Assembly: GCA_016183175.1 (NCBI GenBank)
Contig: JACPFC010000054.1
Span: forward strand, 8,313-72,312
Direction of reading: 5' to 3'
Origin: Deltaproteobacteria bacterium
GTDB lineage: Bacteria > UBA10199 > SBBF01
Length of the DNA stretch: 64,000 nucleotides
This document shows, one piece after another, positions 27,466-35,253 of the stretch. The translations under genes were made by a program, and so were the position numbers. A model generated the notes under the pieces. It made no database searches. It was not told the DNA's origin and saw nothing but the letters and a program-made list of their open reading frames with translations. The stretch's first letter is position 1, and each line of letters opens with the position of its first letter.

Positions 27466-28191
27466 CTACCCCGTAATCTTTTTGCCCGGCTTTCTCAATT
27501 TCTTGATGTCAACGGCGGGGGCTTCGTCCGGATACGTTTGTACCGGCGCTCGAACCGGGGCGCTGGACTGCAATTTTTTCAAATCCTCCACTTTCGCCTC
27601 GCTGGAAAGCTTCCCCCCCACAAAACCGCTGGCGTCGCGGTCACAGGATATGGCGCGGGCTTGGGTTTCGCGCTCTTCGCGGATCCGGTTGACCTCTTTT
27701 TCGAGGCGGCGGCGCGGCGAGGGGAAACGTTCGATCAGGTAGGCGAGTTGCTTTTTGACCGTCGCATCGACAAGCAGATTTCCACCTTTTACCAACCCCT
27801 GATCTTTAAGGGCTTTGACGCTGTTCCAAAAAACTTCCTCCGTGATGCCGGAGGATGGTTTGATGCTCCTGAAATAAAGTTTCTTTAAATCTTCATCGGT
27901 CCATTCCCCTTCGCGCACCAGATTGGGATCAAAAGGTTTGAAAACCGGCCCGGTGTAGCGATACGGCCGGAGCGACATGAATTTTTCTTTGGAGACGAGG
28001 TAAGAGCCGTCGGCCTGTTTGCAATCGTCGAAGGCGTTTTTCCATTGGGGATAGGCAAACCGGGTGGAATCGACAAAACCGTTCCGGTAGAGGTAGGGGA
28101 TGTCGCCGGGGAGATAGTGGATGAACCCCTCTTTCGTCTTGGGAACCTTCTCCCAGATGTACTCCATCGGGTCCTGGATTTCCTGGGGCAT
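27466..28191 (-). CDS. hypothetical protein (241 aa, basic C-terminal tail)
   Basis: Good ORF, third gene of a 3-gene operon; no recognisable domain. Confidence 0.55.
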   Translation of the reverse strand: MPQEIQDPMEYIWEKVPKTKEGFIHYLPGDIPYLYRNGFVDSTRFAYPQWKNAFDDCKQADGSYLVSKEKFMSLRPYRYTGPVFKPFDPNLVREGEWTDEDLKKLYFRSIKPSSGITEEVFWNSVKALKDQGLVKGGNLLVDATVKKQLAYLIERFPSPRRRLEKEVNRIREERETQARAISCDRDASGFVGGKLSSEAKVEDLKKLQSSAPVRAPVQTYPDEAPAVDIKKLRKPGKKITG

Positions 28192-28198
28192 AGTCTAA

Positions 28199-28606
28199 TT
28201 AACCATACCAATAACTCGAACTGCCGTCATCATATTTTGCCATGTCCTCCTCATGCTCATAGGCCACATCATCTTTTTCGGCCTCGGCCTCCAGGTAGTC
28301 CGCATCCGCCTTGGTCTGCGAGGCCTCGGCGCGGATGGCGTCGTTCTCGGCGTTTTTCCAGTCGACCTTGTAGGTCAGCTCGGCCTCTTTTTCGCGGACC
28401 CTTAAGGCCTCCATCTGGATCTGGTAGTTTTTGTCGGCCTCGTAGATGCGGGCGTCATAGTCGTATTTGGCCTGCTGAATCACGGCGTCGGACTGTTCCT
28501 GCGCGATTTGCAAGTCAACCTCGTTCGAATCGAGCGCTATGGCCTCGTTCGAATCGGCCTGATATTTTGTCGCCTCGACATATTCCCAGTTATATCCGCC
28601 ACCCAT
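28199..28606 (-). CDS. hypothetical acidic coiled-coil protein (135 aa)
   Basis: Y/D/E/A/Q-rich heptad-like composition; 8-bp spacing to the downstream gene. Confidence 0.5.
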   Translation of the reverse strand: MGGGYNWEYVEATKYQADSNEAIALDSNEVDLQIAQEQSDAVIQQAKYDYDARIYEADKNYQIQMEALRVREKEAELTYKVDWKNAENDAIRAEASQTKADADYLEAEAEKDDVAYEHEEDMAKYDDGSSSYWYG

Positions 28607-28624
28607 AATTGACTCCTTTCACAA

Positions 28625-29008
28625 TTAAGCTGTTTCACTTCCCGACGATCCTGTATCGTCGATTTCTTCGTCATACCCCAAATACGATTCTTCCTCCTCA
28701 ATGCTTTCATCGGTATCAGAGGCCGCTTCAACCGAGGCAAGGGCGCTGTTTGAAACAGCGGATGAATCGCTACTTGTTTCATCCGTCGCTGAACTTGCAG
28801 GCGAGAAGGCAACAGTTTGTTCCTCCGGATTGCCGATATTTGCCGCCATGTCTGCCTGTCTGGCCTGATCCGCCTCGCTCAACTCCTGTCCGCGAGAAAC
28901 CGCATCGCTAAAATTAAAAGCAGTTGGATCGGCTGACAACAAATCGCGTTCCTCGGCAGGCAACGGAGGAGCCCCTCCACCTGGCGTTGTCTGTTCTACC
29001 TTGCCCAT
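28625..29008 (-). CDS. hypothetical highly acidic, S/T/D/E-rich (likely disordered) protein
   Basis: Start chosen at MGKVEQ (ATG at 29008); the longer ORF to 29116 runs into a REP element. Confidence 0.45.
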   Translation of the reverse strand: MGKVEQTTPGGGAPPLPAEERDLLSADPTAFNFSDAVSRGQELSEADQARQADMAANIGNPEEQTVAFSPASSATDETSSDSSAVSNSALASVEAASDTDESIEEEESYLGYDEEIDDTGSSGSETA

Positions 29009-29084
29009 AAATCGCCCCTTGCCCCTATTATCGGCCGATCTATCCTTCAAAGTTGCTTTGGGGATTAGTCTCCCCACTTTTTTG

Positions 29085-29185
29085 CTTCTGCAATCTCCGC
29101 TCCCAAGCCGCTTCATCCGCCACTGGCGGCGCGGCTTGGGAACCCTTGCTTTGGGGGGTTACCACCCCCAAGGGACCCGATGCCT
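29085..29185. repeat. REP-like palindromes (family 2: CCCAAGCCGC-N20-GCGGCTTGGG at 29102-29140) plus adjacent GGGGGTTACCACCCCC hairpin
   Basis: Same 39-nt palindrome at 46251-46289 (loop inverted) and 60323-60361. Confidence 0.45.
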
Positions 29186-29278
29186 CTGCCTAACTATAGA
29201 GTTTAACATACTTTTTTTAATCCCGGATAGAGGTTATTTTTTGACCTTGGCCCTCTTTTGGGATATAAAGGGCCTCCC

Positions 29279-30478
29279 GTGAAACGAACGATTTTCTTTA
29301 TTTTCCTCTTGTTAGCCTCTTTTTTGGCCCTGCGGACCCTGTCCCAGGCCTATTACCCCGCCACCTTTTGGTCTTCCGACCGTCTCCCTCTCCATATCGT
29401 TGGAGTCCGCGCCGGAAAGGTGGTATCGGGGGATGAAACCAATCTGGTTGCTTTAAGCCCCAACAAGCTGGTCGTTTACCGCATATCCGAGTCGAAACTT
29501 GTTCCGGTGGCGGAATATGCCGGTGGCGGGCGCGACTCATGGATTAAACTGTCGTTGATCGACCTTGACGGAAACGGCGCCGACGAGATCATCGTCTCCG
29601 GTTTTTATCACGAAGACACCTCGTCTTTTGTCGCGACGGTTCGGGATGGAAAAATCCAAAAGATCGCCGACGCGCCGTATCATTTATCCGCCATCACCTG
29701 GGAGGGCGAGCCGCCCCGGCAGGGCGAGCCGCCCCGGCAGGGCGAGCCGCCCCGGCAGGGGAAAAAAATCCTCGTTGCCCAGAAAAGGTTTGGCGGGGAC
29801 GATTTTTCGGGGCCTTTGATCGAGATGGGGTTGAACGGGGGTAAGCTGGTAAAAAAAAGGGAGATAATCCTCCCCGGCGGAATTTCGGGCGAGTCGATAT
29901 CCCTTTTTTCCGTGGCCGGACTGGAGCCGATGGAAGGCAAGGGAGGTTTTTTACAGCTGAACTCGATGGGAAAACTTCTTCATTACGTCAGGCAGGGAGA
30001 TGGAAAATATAAAAAAGAGTGGACCAGTGGGGAGAGCTATTCGGCGGTATTTACCGCTCTAGACATTACTGTAAGAAATATGATGAATGAGGTTGAAAAA
30101 GAAAGGTTTTTGGTTCCTGTTTCATTCCAGATAAAAGCCGAAGATCAGCCTCTTCCGCTGGTGACCCTGCCGCCGCCGTCATCCCCTTCCCCCCTGCAGG
30201 TTTATGTCGTGAAGAATGAGGGGTATTTGAAAAATATTGTCGGCCCTATCCCCTCGGTCAAAAATGCGCAGATGGTCCGCTTGGTCTGGAGCGGATATGG
30301 TTTTCAGGAGGACTGGAATTCGCCGCGGCTCGATGGAGCCATCTCGGATTTTGACATCGTCGACTGGGATGACGACGGCACGCCGGAGATTCTCGCGGCC
30401 CTTCTTTTGCGGGACAAGGGATATTTTGATACGTTGAAAAAGCAGGATAGTTTGTTGATTGTGCTCGATTTGCCGTGA
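29279..30478 (+). CDS. secreted FG-GAP/VCBS-like repeat protein with GEPPRQ x3 insertion
   Basis: DLDGNGADEIIV and DWDDDGTPEIL calcium-binding-type motifs; signal peptide; 18-nt x3 tandem repeat at 29704-29757; GTG start at 29279 (ORF from 29258). Confidence 0.6.
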   Translation: MKRTIFFIFLLLASFLALRTLSQAYYPATFWSSDRLPLHIVGVRAGKVVSGDETNLVALSPNKLVVYRISESKLVPVAEYAGGGRDSWIKLSLIDLDGNGADEIIVSGFYHEDTSSFVATVRDGKIQKIADAPYHLSAITWEGEPPRQGEPPRQGEPPRQGKKILVAQKRFGGDDFSGPLIEMGLNGGKLVKKREIILPGGISGESISLFSVAGLEPMEGKGGFLQLNSMGKLLHYVRQGDGKYKKEWTSGESYSAVFTALDITVRNMMNEVEKERFLVPVSFQIKAEDQPLPLVTLPPPSSPSPLQVYVVKNEGYLKNIVGPIPSVKNAQMVRLVWSGYGFQEDWNSPRLDGAISDFDIVDWDDDGTPEILAALLLRDKGYFDTLKKQDSLLIVLDLP

Positions 30479-30499
30479 GGGTTGTGTTAAAAAGGGATT

Positions 30500-30727
30500 A
30501 TGGTCGAAGATTCAAGTTTCAAGAAGGTCCTGGAATGGATGGAAACGTTGAATTCCCGCATGGCGCGCATGGAGGAATTGCAACAGTATCATTCTCAAAA
30601 ACTGGAAACCGTTTTTGATGTCCTTCAGGAGATGCGCGATGACCTTCGCATGCTTAAACGCACGGTTGTCCTCCATGAAGACGAAATCAACGAATTAAAA
30701 AAACACATCGGACTCTCGAAACACTAG
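30500..30727 (+). CDS. hypothetical small coiled-coil protein (75 aa)
   Basis: Single ORF, helical heptads. Confidence 0.45.
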   Translation: MVEDSSFKKVLEWMETLNSRMARMEELQQYHSQKLETVFDVLQEMRDDLRMLKRTVVLHEDEINELKKHIGLSKH

Positions 30728-30738
30728 CCTCACGAATG

Positions 30739-30810
30739 TGGCAGGGGGCGGATTTGAACCGCCGACCAAGGGCTTATGAGTCCCCTGCTCTACCACTGAG
30801 CTACCCTGCC
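30739..30810 (-). tRNA. tRNA-Met (anticodon CAU; elongator vs Ile2-lysidine type not resolved)
   Basis: Minus-strand GGCAGGGTAGCTCAGTGGTAGAGCAGGGGACTCATAAGCCCTTGGTCGGCGGTTCAAATCCGCCCCCTGCCA. Confidence 0.85.
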
Positions 30811-30821
30811 AATGTTGTATT

Positions 30822-31085
30822 TTACGATTTGAAAACGTCTTTATATTTGCTCATCAGTTGTTGGGAGTAATTTGCAATATCGGTCACGGTGTTTTGAATG
30901 GCGGCCATGGCGGGGTTTGCTACCTGTCTCTTTTTGGAATCCGCCAGGTATTCGTCAAAGGACTTCACCAGCGCCGAGATAAAATTCTCCCCGATCCGCT
31001 TGACGTCACCGCGGGTTAATTCCTTCCCTTTGATTTCCCCCTCGAATTTCATGTACTTTTGGAAGAGATTCTGTGGATCGGCCAT
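30822..31085 (-). CDS. hypothetical small protein (88 aa)
   Basis: ORF with start MADPQNLFQKYMKFEGE; no known domain. Confidence 0.45.
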   Translation of the reverse strand: MADPQNLFQKYMKFEGEIKGKELTRGDVKRIGENFISALVKSFDEYLADSKKRQVANPAMAAIQNTVTDIANYSQQLMSKYKDVFKS

Positions 31086-31261
31086 AGTCTCATCCATATA
31101 CCATGCAGGCCCAAAAAAGCGCCATAAAATTTGTGCGTGGTGTCTTGGCACCTCAAATGGGATAAAGCCAAAAAAGCTGTATAACTCATTGAAACAAATA
31201 TGTATAATGGGCTTGAAATCGGGAAACGATCAGCGGACACAACTCTCGAAGAGACCCAGCC

Positions 31262-31340
31262 GATAACTAAACCGGGCGAGGGTTCCCGCCGAGCGCCGAC
31301 CGATAGGGAGGATAAAGCGAGGTGGGAGCGGAGCCGACAA
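31262..31340. repeat. REP-like repeat (family 3) in the 5' leader of the Gly/Ala-rich protein gene
   Basis: CCGGGCGAGGGTTCCCGCCGAGCGCCGACCGATAGGGAGGATAAAGCGAGGTGGGAGCGGAGCCGACAAGG; inverse of 12141-12210. Confidence 0.4.
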
Positions 31341-31388
31341 GGATAATGAGGTAACTAAATCAACTCTCGGCAAAAATAGGAGTTACTT

Positions 31389-32333
31389 ATGAGTTTGAAT
31401 AAAACGACAGGCGCGTCCAGCATTGGGACGGGGCGCGAGGATCCGCTGATAAAGATCAAGGCGGAACAGGCCGAAAAGGCCAAAAAAGATGCCGAGATGA
31501 TTCAGGAGCAGGCGCAAGATGAGAGCAAGCTGGCGGGAGAGATAGGAACGACCTCGGCCGCGGTTGGAAAAGGGAGCAAGGTTGTTGGAAAAGAATTGGC
31601 CAAACATGCCGCCAACAAGGCCGCGGAAAAGGCGGTTGAAGGGTCTATAAAAACGGGTTTGGAAAAGGGCATCGAGGCGGGAGCCGAACAATATTCAACC
31701 AGCGCCTTGGGAACTCTTGAATCGGCCCATACAGCCGATGCCGGATTTTTCAGCGCGACCGGCGCCATTGGCGAGGGAGGTGCACTTGGGACTGATTTGG
31801 GAAGCGGGGCCACTGGTTTTACCGGTTTTACTTTAGAAGGCGCAGGTGGTCTGACAGGAGGCACTGCTGTCGGCGCAGGGGCCGAAGCAACTGGTGCCGC
31901 GGTTGCCGGAGAAGCGGTCGCCGCAAGTGGTTTGGCGGGTGAAGGTGCAGTTGCCGGAACGAGCGGCTTTTTTGCCGCGGAAACCGCTCTTGGCACCGGT
32001 GGGGCTCTTACAGGTACCGCCGCAACTGCAACGGGTGCGGCGGCAGGTGGCACCGCTGTTGCGGGCGCCGCCACGGGTGCAACTGCAGGTACTGCTGTAA
32101 CTGCCGGGACAGCCGGCGCCGCAGGGACTGTCGCGGCCGGATCGGGAGCGGCGGCAACGGTGCCGGTTGTCGGCTGGGTCGTGGCCGGCGTCGGACTTGC
32201 GGTTGCGGCAGGACTGGCTATTTCAGCGGCCTCAAAATCAGGGGACGCCGGTCAAACTGTCAAGACGGGGATAGATACTATGAACACCGGCGCCGCGCAA
32301 TGGAAAGACCGGCCTTGGGGAGGCAAATCATAG
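31389..32333 (+). CDS. hypothetical protein with K/E-rich helical N-terminus and long Gly/Ala/Thr-rich low-complexity region and C-terminal TM segment
   Basis: 314 aa; extended -10 TGTATAATG at 31201-31209 upstream. Confidence 0.55.
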   Translation: MSLNKTTGASSIGTGREDPLIKIKAEQAEKAKKDAEMIQEQAQDESKLAGEIGTTSAAVGKGSKVVGKELAKHAANKAAEKAVEGSIKTGLEKGIEAGAEQYSTSALGTLESAHTADAGFFSATGAIGEGGALGTDLGSGATGFTGFTLEGAGGLTGGTAVGAGAEATGAAVAGEAVAASGLAGEGAVAGTSGFFAAETALGTGGALTGTAATATGAAAGGTAVAGAATGATAGTAVTAGTAGAAGTVAAGSGAAATVPVVGWVVAGVGLAVAAGLAISAASKSGDAGQTVKTGIDTMNTGAAQWKDRPWGGKS

Positions 32334-32404
32334 CCAGACCAATGTGGGAAAGTGGGATAGAGGGCTTGACTCTTTCCCTCCGCTATCCTAGCATCAAAAG
32401 GAGC

Positions 32405-32680
32405 ATGAAAACCGCCGAACTTCTGCAGATGGACGCCAAAGGGAGAGTCACGCTTCCTCAAAAAGTCAGAGGCCGGTCAAAAGGGTATTTTACCTACGAG
32501 GTTGACTCAAGAGGGGTTATTCGTCTGATTCCCGTTGTGGGGGTGATCCGGGCCGATCAGGCCTGGTTTTGGACCAAACGATGGCAGGCAGGAGAAAAAG
32601 CGGCGTCGGAGGATATAAGAAAAGGGCGTGTGACACGGGTCGTCTTTAAAGATCTTAAAAAATTTCTCAAGACCCTCTGA
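32405..32680 (+). CDS. AbrB/MazE/SpoVT-family antitoxin
   Basis: MKTAELLQMDAKGRVTLPQKVR swapped-hairpin motif; ATGA overlap with toxin gene. Confidence 0.65.
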   Translation: MKTAELLQMDAKGRVTLPQKVRGRSKGYFTYEVDSRGVIRLIPVVGVIRADQAWFWTKRWQAGEKAASEDIRKGRVTRVVFKDLKKFLKTL

Positions 32681-32970
32681 TGCCTTTTAACTTTCAATTT
32701 ACCAACCGGTTTAAAAAACAATTCCAGGGGTTGCCTTCCGAGGTGCAAAAGGCGGCTCAAAAGACAATCCGATACCTTGGGTTGAATCCCCGTCATCCTT
32801 CCCTTCAAACCCACAAAGTTCATGGTGTCCTTTCAGGGTTAAAATCCATTGAGATATTTGAGACCTATGTAACGATGAAATACAGACTCACCTGGGAATA
32901 TGGCCCCGAACAGAATATGATCACCCTGCGTAATATTGACAACCATGATGAATGTCTAAAAAACCCGTGA
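32680..32970 (+). CDS. RelE/ParE-superfamily toxin
   Basis: 96 aa; KYRLTWEY...[12 protein letters not shown] resembles RelE/ParE core. Confidence 0.65.
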   Translation: MPFNFQFTNRFKKQFQGLPSEVQKAAQKTIRYLGLNPRHPSLQTHKVHGVLSGLKSIEIFETYVTMKYRLTWEYGPEQNMITLRNIDNHDECLKNP

Positions 32971-34289
32971 AACCCCTCGTCGCCATTGTCGGCCGGCCGA
33001 ACGTCGGCAAGTCCACTCTTTTTAACCGCTTCGTCGGCAAGCGGCAGGCCCTGGTTCAAGATGTGCCGGGGATCACCCGCGACCGGCATTATGCCGAGGC
33101 GGAATGGGACGGGACCACGTTTCGTCTTGTCGACACCGGCGGACTGGAATTTGAAACAACCGACCGGCTCCAGAAAAAAATGTCCGATCAGGCGTTCAAA
33201 GGAATTGAAGAGGCCGATTGCATTATCTGTGTTGTTGACGGCAAGGTCGGCGTCACCACCCTCGACCGTGAATGGGTGGAAAAAATCCGCAAGATCAACA
33301 AGCCGAAGTTTTTTGTCGTGAACAAGATCGACTCAGCCAAAGACGAGGCCCTGTTGGCCGATTTTTACCCCCTCGGCATGGACCCGATGTTTCCTGTGTC
33401 AGCGGAGACTTCGCGGGGCGTTTCGGATTTGTTGGATCGGGTGGTATCAATTTTGAAAATAACTCCCCCTGCACCCCCTCTTAATTTAAGAGGGGGAGGG
33501 GGGGAGTTATTACAAATAGCAATAATCGGCCGCCCGAACGTCGGCAAATCCACGCTCTTAAACCGCCTCCTCGGAGAAGAGCGGGCCATCGTGGACGAAA
33601 CACCGGGGACTACCCGCGACCCGATTAATACCTATCTGTCCTATCAAAATCGTCCTGTTTGTCTTATCGACACCGCCGGCATCCGGAAAAAGGGGAGAAC
33701 GGATACCGCTATCGAAAAATTTTCCATCGTCAAAAGTTTAAAGACAATCGAAAAGGCCGATGTGACGTTTCTTCTTGTGGACGGCAACGAGGGGGTCACC
33801 GATCAGGACACGCATGTGGCCGGTTCGGCCTACGAAAAAGACAAACCGATCATTCTCATTGTCAACAAGTGGGACGAGGGACAGAAAAAAACGGGCCGTG
33901 ACTCCTTTCTGGATCAACTCCAAAGGAAGTTTCATTTCAGCCTTTACAGCCCCGTTTTGTTTGTCTCGGCAAAAACAGGTTCAAAAACCGAAAAAATATT
34001 CCCGACCGCCCTTCGGATTTACGAGCAGTATCAAAGGCGCGTCCCCACCGCTGAGCTGAACAAGGCGTTTGGCCGAATTATTGAAAAACATCCCCTGCCG
34101 GTGTATCGCGGACGAAACATCAAAATCTATTATGCAACACAAACGGGAATCGCCCCTCCGACGTTTGTTGTCTTTTCCAACGAACCGGGTAAAATCCACT
34201 TTTCGTACGAACGCTATCTGAACAATGCCCTCAGGGAGTCGTTCGGGTTTACGGAGGTGCCGGTCAAGATTGTTTTCAGGAAAAAATGA
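32952..34289 (+). CDS. der: ribosome biogenesis GTPase Der (EngA)
   Basis: Two GTPase domains ([10 protein letters not shown] twice) plus KH-like C-terminus. Confidence 0.9.
   Translation: MSKKPVKPLVAIVGRPNVGKSTLFNRFVGKRQALVQDVPGITRDRHYAEAEWDGTTFRLVDTGGLEFETTDRLQKKMSDQAFKGIEEADCIICVVDGKVGVTTLDREWVEKIRKINKPKFFVVNKIDSAKDEALLADFYPLGMDPMFPVSAETSRGVSDLLDRVVSILKITPPAPPLNLRGGGGELLQIAIIGRPNVGKSTLLNRLLGEERAIVDETPGTTRDPINTYLSYQNRPVCLIDTAGIRKKGRTDTAIEKFSIVKSLKTIEKADVTFLLVDGNEGVTDQDTHVAGSAYEKDKPIILIVNKWDEGQKKTGRDSFLDQLQRKFHFSLYSPVLFVSAKTGSKTEKIFPTALRIYEQYQRRVPTAELNKAFGRIIEKHPLPVYRGRNIKIYYATQTGIAPPTFVVFSNEPGKIHFSYERYLNNALRESFGFTEVPVKIVFRKK
33464..33506. repeat. RPE-like G/C palindromic element inside der (in frame)
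   Basis: CCCCCTGCACCCCCTCTTAATTTAAGAGGGGGAGGGGGGGAG encodes [15 protein letters not shown] in the inter-domain linker; related to 44733-44780 and 63252-63297. Confidence 0.4.
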
Positions 34290-35086
34290 AACATCTCATC
34301 TCCAACCTCAAGCACATCGCCACCCAGTACCACAAACTCGACTGCTTCAACCTGTCCGCGGCGCTTTCGTTTTACGCCATTTTGTCCATCCTGCCGATTC
34401 TGCTTATCGTCATCTCGCTCGTCGGTCACTACATCGGCCAGTCGGATGTCCTTCTCGACAAAACGGGGGGGCTGATTGAAGCCGTCGTCCCGTCGCTCAA
34501 GGAGGGGCTGGTCAACAATCTGCAAACGGTCATAAAGGCGCGCACCCAGTCCGGCTGGTTCGGCATCCTGCTTCTCTTTTTTGTGGCCCATTTCATGTTC
34601 GCCAACCTGGAGCACACGATCAACCGCCTTCTCCACGCAAAGGAGAAACGCCACTTTCTCATCACCCGCCTTTTGTTTCTGGTCTGGCTGATGGGGATAT
34701 CCTTTCTTCTGATGGTGCCGTCGCTCGTCAATCTGGCGCAGGCTTTGGTTGAAAAATGGGGCTTTACCCTGGAATTCTCCCGGATCTTCCGCGGCAACGA
34801 GTGGTTTTTTGTCTCCTCGGTTCTTTCGTTTGTGATGATGATCCTTCTGGTGCCGACGCAAAAGATTCCCTTCAGGGACGCGCTGACGGGAGGGCTGATT
34901 TTCGCCGTCCTCCTGCAGATTGCCCGGTGGGGTTTCAGGCTCTACACGCCCGTCTACTTCCACCGGTACAATCTCATCTACGGATCGCTGACCACCCTCA
35001 TTGTCGGGGCGATCTGGATTTTTTATTTTTCGAATATTCTGCTGTTGTGCGTTCTGTGGGTGGGGGAGAGGCAGAAAAGAGTATAA
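34286..35086 (+). CDS. YihY/BrkB-family inner membrane protein
   Basis: 266 aa; multiple TM helices; ATGA overlap with der. Confidence 0.8.
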   Translation: MKHLISNLKHIATQYHKLDCFNLSAALSFYAILSILPILLIVISLVGHYIGQSDVLLDKTGGLIEAVVPSLKEGLVNNLQTVIKARTQSGWFGILLLFFVAHFMFANLEHTINRLLHAKEKRHFLITRLLFLVWLMGISFLLMVPSLVNLAQALVEKWGFTLEFSRIFRGNEWFFVSSVLSFVMMILLVPTQKIPFRDALTGGLIFAVLLQIARWGFRLYTPVYFHRYNLIYGSLTTLIVGAIWIFYFSNILLLCVLWVGERQKRV

Positions 35087-35253
35087 CAATTCACTCTCGG
35101 TGTCTGCTTTCAGTTCCATCGGAACTCGCGGTCTATTTAATCGCCACTTCAGTTGTTGATTGCGGCTTGGTTTGCTCCGGTTGGCGATGGACATTGAGGC
35201 GCGCTCAAACAGCCGATGGAACCTCAAGGCATCTATCCGAGACTGAATTGTTA
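35084..35253. mobile_element. MITE-like element, copy 2, exactly between convergent genes
   Basis: TAACAATTCACTCTCGG...CCGAGACTGAATTGTTA; left TAA is the yihY stop, right TTA is the complement of the fusA-like stop. Confidence 0.65.

Noticed and set aside
29704-29757. Possible CRISPR array (direct repeats with spacers)
   Set aside because: All tandem repeats found (18-nt x3 here, 9-nt x4 in ligA, 15-nt in purD and elsewhere) are contiguous in-frame coding microsatellites without unique spacers. No 25-40-nt repeat-spacer periodicity or cas genes anywhere in the window.
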